From Spirochaetaceae bacterium UBA1318 (GTDB lineage: Bacteria > Spirochaetota > Spirochaetia > Treponematales > UBA1318): a stretch of 64,000 nt of DNA. The DNA lies in contig DBTK01000094.1 in assembly GCA_002307015.1 (NCBI GenBank), forward strand, positions 24,449 through 88,448. Reading direction: 5' to 3'. The notes under the pieces were generated by a model. That model saw only the letters and a program-made list of their open reading frames with translations. It had not been told where the DNA came from and made no database searches. Both the position numbers and the translations under genes were made by a program. Of the stretch, positions 1 through 10,440 are shown piece by piece (positions within the stretch are counted from its first letter, which is position 1; the number at the start of each line of letters is the position of its first letter).

Positions 1-1255
1 TGAGCCGCTGCATCGCGATGGCGTTGTCATCGTCAGATTCGGGGAGCAGCGCGTACGTGGGGTTCCACGTCAGTGCATAAGCCTGGATGCCGAATTCGGA
101 AGTCCCCAGGTTCTTCCATTTGTCGGTACCGACTCTCTCCCAGTCCTTGCCGGGAATACCATGCTCTATCAGGTTGTAGTTGTCGCTGTTCTTGTTCATC
201 CAGTCAAGGACCTTGATCGCCAGTTCCTTGTTTTTGCTGACGCTGGTCAGGCAGATGAAGTTGTCCATGACGAAATTGGCGATCACCTTGCCTTTGGTCT
301 TGGTTGCCAGAACCACCGGCTCCGAGCTGCCACCGAGGGCCTTCAGGTCGTCCAGAAGGTTCACGCTGCGGGTGTTGCTGAAAAGCCGGACGTCGAGGAT
401 CGCTCCCTTTCCGGTTCTGTAGAAATCATCGGTAGGATTCTTGATCGAAAGGATATCCGGATTGATCAAACCGTCCTGGTAAAACTTCCGCGCTTCCTTC
501 AGGGCCGTCATGATCTTCGGATCGGGTTCGTCGAACAGATTGTGGGCGATTCCGTCGTTGTTTCGGTAATAGAGCATCAGGCTGGCGGGAAAGGCATGGG
601 TGAACCGGACGTTCGTATCGCTATCGTCCAGCATCTTCCAGTTGACCATGCCGTACTGGATATTGCTCACGTTCCCGTCGAAGTCAAAGGGATACATCTT
701 GGGATAGGCCTTCTTCACCGCATAGGCGTACTTGACCAGATCGTCCCAGGACTGAAGCGGCTTGAGGCCGAGTTTCTGCCTCAGATCGGCTCGCACGACA
801 TACCCATGGGGTTGCTGGAAGAAAAGGCCGAGGGGAACGCCCATGATTTTTCCGCCAAACTTGTTCGCGTCCCACATCGATTGAGGCCTGGTGCGCAGGA
901 CATTTTGACCGTTGGCCTTGAGCAGGTCGGAAAGCTCGGTATAGTAGCCCTGGGCAATCATCTGGTTCATATGGAGCCAGGGAGCGTCGAAAATCAGGTC
1001 GACATCGTCCTGTCCCGCCAGCATGACCTGTGTCTTGGTCGACAGATCCGACCATGGGACGAAAATGAAGTCGAGCTTCACGTTGATGCCGTCTTTCTGC
1101 AGTCCCTGCTCGATGACGGGCAGAAGATTGTCGAAAATCGGCATTTTGTTGTCGGGCAAAACGATGGTGATCTTCGTCGGCGCATTGGCAGCGAATGCCC
1201 CCATTCCCAGGCAGGCTATCATCAGCGCTGCCGCGAAGAAACGATTGAATCTCAT
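1..1255 (-). CDS. ABC transporter extracellular solute-binding protein (sugar/family-1 type), C-terminus cut by window edge
   Basis: Absent from the ORF track because it runs off the window. Minus-strand ATG at 1255-1253 is preceded by AAGGAGG. My translation MRFNRFFAAALMIACLGMGAFAANAPTKITIVLPDNKMPIFDNL...LAGQDDVDLIFDAPWLHMNQM... stays open to position 1. It has a signal peptide plus binding-protein-like sequence and lies directly downstream of two permease genes. The + ORF 161..1900 is its antisense shadow. Confidence 0.75.
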   Translation of the reverse strand, partial: MRFNRFFAAALMIACLGMGAFAANAPTKITIVLPDNKMPIFDNLLPVIEQGLQKDGINVKLDFIFVPWSDLSTKTQVMLAGQDDVDLIFDAPWLHMNQMIAQGYYTELSDLLKANGQNVLRTRPQSMWDANKFGGKIMGVPLGLFFQQPHGYVVRADLRQKLGLKPLQSWDDLVKYAYAVKKAYPKMYPFDFDGNVSNIQYGMVNWKMLDDSDTNVRFTHAFPASLMLYYRNNDGIAHNLFDEPDPKIMTALKEARKFYQDGLINPDILSIKNPTDDFYRTGKGAILDVRLFSNTRSVNLLDDLKALGGSSEPVVLATKTKGKVIANFVMDNFICLTSVSKNKELAIKVLDWMNKNSDNYNLIEHGIPGKDWERVGTDKWKNLGTSEFGIQAYALTWNPTYALLPESDDDNAIAMQRL

Positions 1256-1315
1256 GTTCCCTCCTTAAAATCTTCCTCTTCAGCCCGTATAACGCGGGTG
1301 TTCATCCAAACTGAA

Positions 1316-2215
1316 TTACCCCTTGACCGACCCCAGGGTCAGGCCTTTCACGAAATATTTCTGCACAAAGGGATAGAGAAAAACGATCGGCCCGATCGTG
1401 ATGCAAACCGTCGCCAATTTCAGCCCCTCGGAGGGAACGTTGGCGACATGCAAGGTCCCGCTCGAAACATACTGGGCGGCGTTGATCTGCGACATCAGGG
1501 ATCTGATCATCATCTGCAGGGGATGGAGTTCGTTGTGGTTGATGAAGAGGATGGCCAGCCACCAATCGTTCCAGTAGGTCAGGGCGTAAAACAGGATGAT
1601 CGTGGCAATCCCCGGAATCGAAACGGGAAGGATTATCCTGAAAAAGACGAGGATGTCGTCGGCACCGTCCATGTAGGCAGACTCGTACAGCTCATAGGGA
1701 AGAGCGCGGTAGAAATTGACCAGGACGAAAACCAGAAACGGGTTGAGCAGGTACGGCAGGATCAGAGCCCAGAGCGTATCCTTCAGGTGAAGCCATTGGG
1801 CGACAAGAATGTAGAAACCGACAAGCCCGGTTCCCATGACCATGGGAATGTAGGTCAGGAATGCCATGATGTTCCGGTATTTCACTTTTTTGTGGGCTAG
1901 CACATACGCGAACATCGTGGTGATCGCAGTCGCAAGCGCGGTTCCGACGACGGTTACGAAAATGGTCACCCCGTAACTGACATAAACCTGTTTTCCCTCC
2001 ATCAAGTAGGCATATGAATCGAGGGAGAAGGCCTTGATGTATAGGAGATAGCCCTCCTGATTCAACACTTTGTTGCTCTGGAATGAATTAAGCAACACAA
2101 GATAAAAGGGGAAAAGGCAGACAAAGGCGAACAGGATTATGACCGCGTATACGACAGACATGTATACCAGGCCGTTGGACTTCCTTCGATAATCCACTCT
2201 TGCAGCAGCACCCAT
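1316..2215 (-). CDS. carbohydrate ABC transporter permease (MalG/LplC-like)
   Basis: ORF 1316..2281. Start moved to ATG 2215 (TAAGGAG just upstream); the longer N-terminus overlaps the preceding gene. Multi-TM protein with EAA-type loop YESAYMDGADDILVFFRIILP. Confidence 0.85.
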   Translation of the reverse strand: MGAAARVDYRRKSNGLVYMSVVYAVIILFAFVCLFPFYLVLLNSFQSNKVLNQEGYLLYIKAFSLDSYAYLMEGKQVYVSYGVTIFVTVVGTALATAITTMFAYVLAHKKVKYRNIMAFLTYIPMVMGTGLVGFYILVAQWLHLKDTLWALILPYLLNPFLVFVLVNFYRALPYELYESAYMDGADDILVFFRIILPVSIPGIATIILFYALTYWNDWWLAILFINHNELHPLQMMIRSLMSQINAAQYVSSGTLHVANVPSEGLKLATVCITIGPIVFLYPFVQKYFVKGLTLGSVKG

Positions 2216-2225
2216 CCGTGACTCC

Positions 2226-3140
2226 TTAGAACAGCCGTACATCGGGTTCGGCTTTTTTGATGAGCCAGTTGAAGAACACAATGGTAACGACCCCCATGAC
2301 CGACTGATATAAAACCACCGCCGAAGACATGCTCAGGTTGCCTACCTGTCGCAGCGCCCGATAGGAATAGGTGTCGATAACGTCCGTCGTCGGCAAAAGG
2401 ACACCGTTGTCCCCCACGATGCCGTAAATCATTCCGAAATCCCCGAAGAAGATGCGGCCTATGCCCAAAAGGAGCATGATGAGAAAGATTGGGCGCATGA
2501 GGGGCAAGGTAATTTTCAGCACCTGCTGAAACCGGGAGGCGCCGTCAATCCGGGCGCTTTCATAAAGCTCTTCCGAAATTCCGGTCAGGGCGGCCAGGAA
2601 AATGATGGAGTTGTAGCCGGCGTATTTGAAGATATTCACCACGGTAAGGATGGAAGGCCAGAGGCCTGGACTCCCATACCAGTTCACCACGGGCAAACCC
2701 GCCCCGAGCAGGACCGAATTGATGAACCCGTTGGAGGAATTCAGCAAAGCGTACACCATCAAGGCGATGACCTGCCAGGAGATGAAATAGGGCAGAAAGA
2801 TAAAGGATTGCGCAAGACGTTTGAACCCTCGAAGCCGGATATCGTTGATGAAGATGGCCAGAACGAGGGAAAAGGGCAGCCCGATACCCAGGAACAGCGT
2901 ATTGAGAAATACGGTATTGAAGGTGACCGTAATCCAATCGTTGCTTCCGAAGAAAAACTCGAAATTCTTGAACCCGACGAATTTGCTGCCGAACAATCCG
3001 GCGGACATCTTAAAGTCCTCAAACGCCAGGATATGTCCGAAAAGGGGGAGGTAGGCGAAAACGACCAGAAAAAGGATTCCCGGCAGGGCCAGGATGTACA
3101 GGGACCGGTTTTTTGAAATTTCCCGATAAAAAGCGCGCAT
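2226..3140 (-). CDS. sugar ABC transporter permease (LplB/YteP-like)
   Basis: ORF 2226..3173. GTG 3173 abuts the predicted -10 box, so ATG 3140 (MRAFYREISKNRSLYILALPG...) is preferred, with AGGGAG upstream. EAA loop LYESARIDGASRFQQVLKITLP. Confidence 0.85.
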   Translation of the reverse strand: MRAFYREISKNRSLYILALPGILFLVVFAYLPLFGHILAFEDFKMSAGLFGSKFVGFKNFEFFFGSNDWITVTFNTVFLNTLFLGIGLPFSLVLAIFINDIRLRGFKRLAQSFIFLPYFISWQVIALMVYALLNSSNGFINSVLLGAGLPVVNWYGSPGLWPSILTVVNIFKYAGYNSIIFLAALTGISEELYESARIDGASRFQQVLKITLPLMRPIFLIMLLLGIGRIFFGDFGMIYGIVGDNGVLLPTTDVIDTYSYRALRQVGNLSMSSAVVLYQSVMGVVTIVFFNWLIKKAEPDVRLF

Positions 3141-3173
3141 CGTGTTCTTGATCTCCCTTTTATATCGAGCCAC

Positions 3174-3203
3174 ATTGTATTATTACTGTATCATCTGTGT
3201 CAA
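3174..3203 (-). promoter_or_regulatory. sigma70-like promoter of the ABC transporter operon
   Basis: Minus strand TTGACA-18 nt-TACAAT in an AT-rich spacer. Predicted leader of about 27 nt carries AGGGAG before ATG 3140. Confidence 0.45.
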
Positions 3204-3258
3204 TTAAATTATTTTTATATCGTCCGGACCTGGGAGGTATCCCTCTTCCGTTATTCCG

Positions 3259-3906
3259 TCACGACGGAAGCCGACCTGACGCCAGATCCGGGGGAACATT
3301 CTTTTCGCCGACAAGGCTTCCGGCGATCCCGGAAAGCCTCTCGATCCACCGCGACCTGGCCTCCCATCCGGCATTGCGGGCGTCGTAAAGGATTTCGATC
3401 GCAACCTCCCCGACTCCGCACCAGGAGAGGATTCGTTCCCTCCAGATGACGGCGAGCGGATCTTCCTTTCCGTCTTCCGGACTTTCCCGGTCGGTCGAGA
3501 TGACGACGAGGGCACGCTTTCCCGCGAGAAGGCCGACCCTCTCCCTTCCTCCGGAATCGTCGCCCGTCCATTCGTAGGCGGTTCCCGAGGAGAACACCCG
3601 GTCGACGAAGCCCTTGAGCAGGGCCGGTGGCCCGCCCCACCACTCAGGATGGACGAAGCAGAGAACGCCGGACTCCCGGACGAGGCTTCCCCACGACTGG
3701 ACCGTGGAATCGAAGCTCATCCGCCGGTCGATCTCGTCCTTCGCCAGCACCGGGTCGAAACGGCCTTCAGCCGCCTCTCGGTAGAGGTCGACGGCCCGCG
3801 TCGAGAAACCCGCCGACCCGAATCCCGACACGAGGGAGGCCGCCGCCGCAGCGGTCAGGGAAACGGGGTCGGGATGGCACCATACGACCAACGCTTTCAT
3901 CATCAT
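3259..3906 (-). CDS. flavodoxin-like-fold NAD(P)H dehydrogenase (quinone) family protein
   Basis: ORF 3259..4200. The real start is probably the ATGATGATG at 3906-3898, right after GGAGG. MKALVVWCHPDP...FVHPEWWGGPPALLKGFVDRVF resembles the Flavodoxin_2/NQO family. Confidence 0.7.
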   Translation of the reverse strand: MMMKALVVWCHPDPVSLTAAAAASLVSGFGSAGFSTRAVDLYREAAEGRFDPVLAKDEIDRRMSFDSTVQSWGSLVRESGVLCFVHPEWWGGPPALLKGFVDRVFSSGTAYEWTGDDSGGRERVGLLAGKRALVVISTDRESPEDGKEDPLAVIWRERILSWCGVGEVAIEILYDARNAGWEARSRWIERLSGIAGSLVGEKNVPPDLASGRLPS

Positions 3907-4069
3907 CCTCCGATCGAGCATCGAGTGTGCCGTCCATCGGACCGGCCTACGGTAGAGTATAACCACGGAAGGAAATTCCGGTCTCTTTTTCGGTGTTCTT
4001 TGGAAATTCTTCCATCCATACGTATCTTGATCTGGAGGAACAACGCGATACGGGAAACGGAGGCTTCGC

Positions 4070-4366
4070 ATGGATGAAAAGCTCATCGAAATACTGAGGG
4101 ACGTGATCGACCCGGAAACCGGGCATTCGATAGTCGATATGGGGATGATATACCGCGCGGAAATGATCGGCGACCGGGCCGAGGTCGACTTCACCCTCAC
4201 CTATCCGGGCTGTCCGATCGGCGAGGAGATCGAGGAGGAGATCCGCTCGATCCTGAACGTCCGATCCGGCGCCAAGGAGATCGTCGCGAGGATGGTCTGG
4301 ACGCCCCGCTGGACCGAGGACCGGATGAGCGAGGAGCTGAGGCTCGAATACGGCTATCCCGTTTGA
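4070..4366 (+). CDS. DUF59/MIP18-family Fe-S assembly protein (SufT/PaaD-like)
   Basis: 98-aa ORF with ...VIDPETGHSIVDMGMIY...DFTLTYPGCPIGEEI... typical of DUF59. ACGGAGG SD. Lies immediately upstream of sufC. Confidence 0.8.
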   Translation: MDEKLIEILRDVIDPETGHSIVDMGMIYRAEMIGDRAEVDFTLTYPGCPIGEEIEEEIRSILNVRSGAKEIVARMVWTPRWTEDRMSEELRLEYGYPV

Positions 4367-4398
4367 ACCATAGCCAAGCTTCATGCCACCGAAACCTC

Positions 4399-4428
4399 TT
4401 GACATGGTAGGGCGTTATTTCCTACTAT
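4399..4428 (+). promoter_or_regulatory. sigma70-like promoter in front of sufC
   Basis: TTGACA-18 nt-TACTAT, then AGGAGA SD and ATG 4448. Confidence 0.45.
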
Positions 4429-4447
4429 AAAACTAGGAGATTAAACG

Positions 4448-5224
4448 ATGCGATCATTGACGATACACGGACTGAAGGCCGAGATCGACGGGAAGCCGAT
4501 ACTGCAGGGGGTCGACCTCGAGATCGGCCCCGGCGAGATGCATGCGCTCATGGGACCCAACGGCTCTGGGAAAAGCACCCTGGCGAACGTGATCATGGGC
4601 CACCCGCGATACACGGTCACCGGGGGCTCGATCGAGCTCGACGGGATGGACCTTCTCTCGATGAGCGTCCATGAGAGGGCGAAGGCGGGGGTTTTCCTCG
4701 CCTTCCAGTATCCGGTGGAAATCGCCGGGGTGACGGTCGGGAAGTTCTTGAAACGAGCCGCCGAGATCAGGGCCGCCGCCGGCGGATCGAAGCTCAACGT
4801 CGGCTCCTTCCTCAAGACCGTCAGGGCCGACATGGGCTTCCTCGAGATGGACCAGGCCTTCATCAACCGCTACCTGAACGAGGGCTTCTCGGGAGGGGAA
4901 AAGAAGCGGATGGAGATCCTCCAGCTCCTGACGATCAAGCCGGGGTTCGCCATCTTCGACGAAACCGATTCCGGATTGGACATCGACGCGCTCAGGGTCG
5001 TCGGCAACGGGATCAACCGTGCGAGGACGCCGGACTTTTCGGGGCTCGTCATCACCCATTACCAGCGAATACTCGATTACGTGAAGCCGGACGTGGTCCA
5101 CATCATGTACCAGGGCAGGATCGTCACCTCCGGCCGCGGCGAGCTGGTCACCGCCCTCGAGGAAAAGGGCTACGACTGGGTACGCGAGCGCTACGGCATC
5201 CCGGAGGAAACCAATGTCATCTGA
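4448..5224 (+). CDS. sufC: Fe-S cluster assembly ATPase SufC
   Basis: Walker [10 protein letters not shown], signature FSGGEKKR, Walker [20 protein letters not shown] 7 nt upstream. Confidence 0.95.
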   Translation: MRSLTIHGLKAEIDGKPILQGVDLEIGPGEMHALMGPNGSGKSTLANVIMGHPRYTVTGGSIELDGMDLLSMSVHERAKAGVFLAFQYPVEIAGVTVGKFLKRAAEIRAAAGGSKLNVGSFLKTVRADMGFLEMDQAFINRYLNEGFSGGEKKRMEILQLLTIKPGFAIFDETDSGLDIDALRVVGNGINRARTPDFSGLVITHYQRILDYVKPDVVHIMYQGRIVTSGRGELVTALEEKGYDWVRERYGIPEETNVI

Positions 5225-6695
5225 AGCGGTAAAGACTCTAGCACCTGAGGCGAACCGGGTTCCGGTTCTGCAGGGCGCGCCGGCAGGCTCGGTACCTGCC
5301 GCCCAGCCGGGGGACATCGTCGGAAGCTACCAGTACGGCTTCAGCTACCCCGAGCGCTCCGTCTTCAAGACGAAAATGGGCCTCGACGAGGAGGTCGTGG
5401 AATCCATCTCGAGGAGCAAGGGCGAGCCGGACTGGATGCTCCAGTTCAGGCTCCGGTCCCTCGAGGCTTTCAGGCGGCTTCCGATGCCGAATTGGGGGGC
5501 CGACCTCTCGGGCATCGACTTCGACGAGATCTACTATTACATCAAGCCCCTGGACGAACAGGGCCGCACCTGGGAGGACGTGCCTGACGACATCAAGAAG
5601 ACCTTCGACCGGATCGGCATCCCCGAGGCCGAGAGGAAGTTCCTCGCCGGCGTCGGCGCCCAGTACGATTCCGAGGTCGTCTACCACAACATCCACAAGG
5701 ACCTCGAGGCCCAGGGCGTGATCTTCATGGATCCCGAGTCCGGGGTCAGGGAGCATCCCGAGATCTTCAAGAAGTACTTCGGGACCGTCGTCCCCTACAA
5801 CGACAACAAGTTCGCCGCCCTCAATTCGGCGGTGTGGTCGGGCGGCTCCTTCGTCTTCGTGCCCAAGGGCGTCAACGTCGAGATCCCGCTCCAGGCCTAC
5901 TTCAGGATCAACTCGAAGAGCTTCGGCCAGTTCGAGCGCACCCTGATCGTCGCCGAGGAGGGCAGCTTCGTCCACTACATCGAGGGCTGCACGGCCCCGA
6001 TCTTCACCAAGGACTCCCTCCATTCGGCCGTCGTCGAGATCATCGCCCTGCCGGGCTCGAGGGTCCGATACTCGACGATCCAGAACTGGTCTTCGGACGT
6101 GTACAACGTGGTCACCAAGAGGGCCCACGCCCACGCCCACGCGACGATGGAGTGGGTCGACGGGAACCTCGGCTCCAAGCGCACGATGAAGTACCCTTCG
6201 GTCTACCTCATGGGCGAGGGAGCCCACGGCGAGGTCCTTTCCATCGCCTTCGCCGGCAAGGGACAGGAGCAGGATACCGGCGGCAAGATGATCCACATGG
6301 CGCCGAACACGACGAGCGTCATCACCTCCAAATCGATATCGAAGGACGGCGGGATCTCGACCTACCGCGGCATGGTGAAGGCCGCCCCCGGGCTGAAGGG
6401 AATCCGGAGCAAGGTGAGTTGCGACGCCCTCATCATCGACCCCCTCTCGACGAGCAACACCTTTCCCCTGATGGACATCCACTCCGACGACGCGACCATC
6501 GAGCACGAGGCGAAGGTCTCAAAAATCTCGGAGGAGCAGCTTTTCTACTTGATGAGCCGGGGAATAGACGAGGATGAATCCTCGAAGATGATCGTCAACG
6601 GCTTCATCGATCCCCTCGTCAAGAAACTGCCGATGGAGTACGCCGTCGAGCTGAACCGCCTCATCGATCTGGAAATGGAGGGATCCGTCGGATGA
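5214..6695 (+). CDS. sufB: Fe-S cluster assembly scaffold SufB
   Basis: 493 aa with SufB-like sequence throughout ([51 protein letters not shown]). Overlaps the sufC stop by 11 nt. Confidence 0.95.
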   Translation: MSSEAVKTLAPEANRVPVLQGAPAGSVPAAQPGDIVGSYQYGFSYPERSVFKTKMGLDEEVVESISRSKGEPDWMLQFRLRSLEAFRRLPMPNWGADLSGIDFDEIYYYIKPLDEQGRTWEDVPDDIKKTFDRIGIPEAERKFLAGVGAQYDSEVVYHNIHKDLEAQGVIFMDPESGVREHPEIFKKYFGTVVPYNDNKFAALNSAVWSGGSFVFVPKGVNVEIPLQAYFRINSKSFGQFERTLIVAEEGSFVHYIEGCTAPIFTKDSLHSAVVEIIALPGSRVRYSTIQNWSSDVYNVVTKRAHAHAHATMEWVDGNLGSKRTMKYPSVYLMGEGAHGEVLSIAFAGKGQEQDTGGKMIHMAPNTTSVITSKSISKDGGISTYRGMVKAAPGLKGIRSKVSCDALIIDPLSTSNTFPLMDIHSDDATIEHEAKVSKISEEQLFYLMSRGIDEDESSKMIVNGFIDPLVKKLPMEYAVELNRLIDLEMEGSVG

Positions 6696-8095
6696 ACACC
6701 ACAACAGTTGAGCGCATGACGCCCGCCTCATCGGCGACCGGTGGAGCGCCGGCGCCCGTCCAGTCCCATTCCGGGAAAAAAGACGACCGCAAGACGGCGA
6801 TTCCGCTTTCGGCACTCAGGGAACGTTCCCTCGCCGCCTATGCCGAGATGGAATGGCCGGCGAGGAAGGACGAGGCCTGGAGACAGACCCCGGTGAGCCT
6901 CATCCCCCTGGAGCGGTTCAAATTCGCCCCCGTCATGAAATCGGCCGAACCAGATTCCGTCGCGGCGGGAAAGCCCGAGGCCGGCAATTTCACGAGCCTC
7001 GCGGAAAATCCGGCCGATTGGTCGGGCGTGCTTTCGATCTCGGGCGTGCCCTCCCGGGACTCCTCGTTCAGGGGCGGAGCCAGCCTCGAGCCGGAACTCG
7101 CCGCCCTCGGCATCGAGCTCGGCCTCGTCGGCGGAAACCGGAAGCTCCCGAACGGAGAGGGCATCCCGGAGCCGCTCGAGGAAGAGCCGGGCCGAGGCGA
7201 TGACGACAGGTTCCAGAGGCTGCACTGGGCGGCCCTCAGCCACGCGGCACGGCTCTCCGTTCCCGCGCGGGTCTCGCCGCCCCGCCCCATCCTGATCGAA
7301 GCAGAGGCCTCGGACCCGGGCGCCCTCCTCTCGCCCCACCTCTGGATCGAGCTCGGCACCCTGGCCGAGGCGACGGTCGTCGTCCATTGGGGAGGCGGGG
7401 AAAACTCGGCCCTCGATACTGGCCTCACCCTCGCCCTCGCCGACGGCGCGATCCTGAAGCTCGTCGTCGTCCAGGACCTCCCCGACGGCTCCTTCAGGGT
7501 CGACAGCTCCCGGGCCTACCTCGGAGCGAACGCGAAGCTCGAGTATCTCGACGTCTCCTTCGGCGCCGCCGTCACCAAGACGGGATTCTCCGTCTTCCTC
7601 GACGGGGAAGGTGCCAACGCCTCGGCCTCGGGCATGTACGGCTCGAAGGGGAAGGAGCACCGCGACATCTCCCTCCTTCTCGGCCACCGGGCCCCGCGGA
7701 CCTTTTCCCGAGCCAACTACAAGGGAACGGCGAGGGATTCGGGGCGGGCCATCTTCCAGGGCCTCATCGAGGTGAAGGAAAACGGCACGGACACCGACGC
7801 CTACCTCTCCAACCGCAACCTCATCCTTTCCGAGGGTGCCAGGGCGGTGAGCCTGCCCCAGCTCAAGATAGGCACGAACGACCTCAAGTGCGGCCACGGG
7901 AGCACGACAGGGAGGCTCGACGACGAGGAGCTCTTCTACCTGGAGACCAGGGGATTCTCCCCCGAGGACGCGAAACTGATCGTCGCGATGGGGCTCTTCG
8001 GCGACCTCATCGATTCGGCTCCCGCCCCCATCAGGGCGAGGCTCGAGGCCCTCGCGGCGGCGGCCATACTCGATGAGGGAGGAAGAAAGCCATGA
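6692..8095 (+). CDS. sufD: Fe-S cluster assembly protein SufD
   Basis: C-terminal SufB/SufD beta-helix region ([34 protein letters not shown]). ATGA overlap with the sufB stop. Confidence 0.85.
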   Translation: MNTTTVERMTPASSATGGAPAPVQSHSGKKDDRKTAIPLSALRERSLAAYAEMEWPARKDEAWRQTPVSLIPLERFKFAPVMKSAEPDSVAAGKPEAGNFTSLAENPADWSGVLSISGVPSRDSSFRGGASLEPELAALGIELGLVGGNRKLPNGEGIPEPLEEEPGRGDDDRFQRLHWAALSHAARLSVPARVSPPRPILIEAEASDPGALLSPHLWIELGTLAEATVVVHWGGGENSALDTGLTLALADGAILKLVVVQDLPDGSFRVDSSRAYLGANAKLEYLDVSFGAAVTKTGFSVFLDGEGANASASGMYGSKGKEHRDISLLLGHRAPRTFSRANYKGTARDSGRAIFQGLIEVKENGTDTDAYLSNRNLILSEGARAVSLPQLKIGTNDLKCGHGSTTGRLDDEELFYLETRGFSPEDAKLIVAMGLFGDLIDSAPAPIRARLEALAAAAILDEGGRKP

Positions 8096-9405
8096 CGGCT
8101 ATCCATGAAAAAAACAAAGTCGCCGCGCCTCGCCCGGAAACAGGCCGGGGATCCAAGAACGGGGCGGAGGCCGTCTCAGACATGAACGACAGGGCCCTCG
8201 GCCTCCGCGGGGATTTCCCCATACTCTCCTCGACCGTCGGGCGTGACAAGCTTCCCCTCGTCTACCTCGACAACGCGGCGACGACCCAGAAGCCCCGGTC
8301 CGTCATCGACGCGATATCGGGGTACTACGAAAGGGACAACTCGAACGTCCACCGCTCCATCCACGAGCTGGGCGAAAGGGCGACGGCCCTCTACGAGGCG
8401 GCGAGGGAGCGCGCGAGGCTCTTCGTCGGGGCCGAATCGGCGGACGAGATCGTCTTCACCCGGGGCACGACCGAGGCGATCAACCTCGTCGCCTACTCCT
8501 TCTGCGCGGGACTCAAACCCGGCGACGAAATCCTGCTTACCCAGATGGAGCATCACGCGAACATCGTCAGCTGGCAGATCGCGGCGAGGCTCTTCGGCCT
8601 CGTGGTAAAGTTCGTGGGGATCACCGACTCGGGCGAGCTCAGGCTCGAGGATTACGAGAGGCTCGTCGGCCCGCGCACCAAGATGGTCGCCGTCACCCAG
8701 ATGTCCAACGTCCTCGGCACGGTGAATCCGATCGCGAAAATCGCGGGAATCGCCCACTCGAAGGGGATTCCCCTCCTCGTCGACGCGGCCCAGGGGGCGG
8801 CCCACGAGGGAATCGACGTCGCGAGCCTCGGCGCGGACTTCCTCGCCTTCTCGGGCCACAAGGCGGCCGGCCCCATGGGGATCGGCGTCCTCTACGGCAA
8901 GCGCGAGTTCCTCGAGCGCATGACGCCCTGGCAGGGCGGCGGCGAGATGATCAGGACCGTGACCCTCGAGGGCTTCGAGCCCAACGACCTTCCCTACAAG
9001 TTCGAGGCGGGAACCCCGAACGTGGAGGGGGCCGTCGGCCTCCATGCGGCCCTCGACTACCTCGACTCGGTCGGCACCGACTGGATTCGGGAATGGGAAA
9101 AGGTCCTCTCCGAACGGGCAATCGCGGGCCTCCGGTCCATACCAGGCCTTGAAATTTTCGGATCGGCGAGGGAACGGGGCGGCATCGTGAGCTTCGAGGT
9201 TCCCGGGATCCACGCCCACGACATGGCCGCCTTCCTCGACTCGCGGGGCATCGCGATCAGGGCCGGCCACCATTGCGCCCATCCCCTCGCCCAGAGGCTC
9301 GGGGTCGTTTCGACCGCCCGGGCGAGCTTTTTCCTGTACAACACCCTCTCCGAGGTGGATTTTTTCATCCAGACGGTTGACGAGGCGCGGAGGCGACTTT
9401 CATGA
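8092..9405 (+). CDS. sufS: cysteine desulfurase SufS
   Basis: PLP-lysine context FSGHKAAGPMG, active-site loop RAGHHCAHP, and YLDNAATTQKP near the N-terminus. ATGA overlap with the sufD stop. An internal ATG at 8182 is an alternative start. Confidence 0.92.
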   Translation: MTAIHEKNKVAAPRPETGRGSKNGAEAVSDMNDRALGLRGDFPILSSTVGRDKLPLVYLDNAATTQKPRSVIDAISGYYERDNSNVHRSIHELGERATALYEAARERARLFVGAESADEIVFTRGTTEAINLVAYSFCAGLKPGDEILLTQMEHHANIVSWQIAARLFGLVVKFVGITDSGELRLEDYERLVGPRTKMVAVTQMSNVLGTVNPIAKIAGIAHSKGIPLLVDAAQGAAHEGIDVASLGADFLAFSGHKAAGPMGIGVLYGKREFLERMTPWQGGGEMIRTVTLEGFEPNDLPYKFEAGTPNVEGAVGLHAALDYLDSVGTDWIREWEKVLSERAIAGLRSIPGLEIFGSARERGGIVSFEVPGIHAHDMAAFLDSRGIAIRAGHHCAHPLAQRLGVVSTARASFFLYNTLSEVDFFIQTVDEARRRLS

Positions 9406-9836
9406 GCGATTTCGACGAACTTTACCAGGAAATCATACGGGACCACTACAAACACCCGAGAAACAGGGTGCCGCTCGGGAAGGATTGCCCCGCGTTCGAC
9501 AACCCCTCCTGCGGCGATCGGGTGAAATTTCTGATCGAGTGGGAGGGAGAGGGAGAGGGGGCCGTCATCAAGGCGGTCAATTTCGACGGCTCGGGCTGTT
9601 CGATCAGCATGAGCTCGACCTCGATGATGACCGAGCTCCTCGCCGGCAAAACCCGGAAGCAAGCCCTCGAGATCGTCGATCACTTCCTCGGCATCGTCCA
9701 CGGCGAGAGGGACTCGGGCGACCTCGAGGAAATGGGCGACGTGATCGCCCTCGGCGGGGTCATCAAGCTGCCGGTCAGGGTGAAATGCGCCACCCTCTCC
9801 TGGAACGGCATGAAGCGCCTCTTGAGCGCTTCGTGA
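9402..9836 (+). CDS. sufU: SufU/IscU-like sulfur transfer (Fe-S scaffold-like) protein
   Basis: NPSCGDRV, FDGSGCSISMSS and VKCATLSW cysteine motifs of the SufU family. Start overlaps the sufS stop. Confidence 0.9.
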   Translation: MSDFDELYQEIIRDHYKHPRNRVPLGKDCPAFDNPSCGDRVKFLIEWEGEGEGAVIKAVNFDGSGCSISMSSTSMMTELLAGKTRKQALEIVDHFLGIVHGERDSGDLEEMGDVIALGGVIKLPVRVKCATLSWNGMKRLLSAS

Positions 9837-9888
9837 CCGCGGCGGCAGCGGTGCCGTTTCGTCCCGACCGAGGCCGCGGGACGACGGC

Positions 9889-10440
9889 ATGAGCCGGGGT
9901 GACAAGGCGAACCATGAGGCCGCCAAGAACCGGGAGCTCGCCCTTCACGGATTCCCGCCGGTTTCCCATCCCGGGGACCGCGTCCTCATCCTCGGCTCAT
10001 TCCCCAGCGTCTCGTCGCTCGAAAGGGCCGAGTACTACGGCTTTCCCCGCAACCATTTCTGGCGTCTCATCGCGGACATCGCCCGGGAAGCCGTGCCCGA
10101 AACCTACGGGGCGAAACTCGCCCTGCTCGAACGGCAGGGAATCTCCCTCTGGGACGTCATCGCCGCCTGCAGACGGGAGGGCAGCCTCGACTCGGCCATC
10201 ACGGACGAAGAGGCGAACCCGATCGGTGATTTCCTCGCGGAACATCGGTCGATACGGACGGTTTTCTTCAACGGGCTGAAAGCGGAGGAGAGTTTCGGCA
10301 GGTTCTTCACAGGGATGGGTCTCGAGGGAATCGAGTTTGCGAGGCTACCCTCTTCCAGCCCGGTTCCCGGGCGGAAGATCAGCACCTACGAAAAAAAACT
10401 CGAGGTCTGGAAGGGCGCCTTCGCTAGGCTTCCTGGCTGA
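9889..10440 (+). CDS. DNA-deoxyinosine (hypoxanthine) glycosylase, UDG family 6
   Basis: LILGSFPSVSSLERAEYYGFPRNHFWRL and LPSSSP motifs typical of the family-6 UDG superfamily. Its 3' end overlaps the convergent gene by 17 nt. Confidence 0.8.
   Translation: MSRGDKANHEAAKNRELALHGFPPVSHPGDRVLILGSFPSVSSLERAEYYGFPRNHFWRLIADIAREAVPETYGAKLALLERQGISLWDVIAACRREGSLDSAITDEEANPIGDFLAEHRSIRTVFFNGLKAEESFGRFFTGMGLEGIEFARLPSSSPVPGRKISTYEKKLEVWKGAFARLPG

Noticed and set aside
161-1900. 579-aa + strand ORF
   Set aside because: It is antisense to the solute-binding protein and permease genes, which have clear family signatures. Its composition is V/D/G/R/H-rich and it matches no family. This is a typical GC-rich shadow ORF.
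5238-6506. 422-aa minus-strand ORF (with similar ones at 6728..7897 and 8176..9282)
   Set aside because: These are antisense to sufB, sufD and sufS, all of which are unambiguously recognisable.
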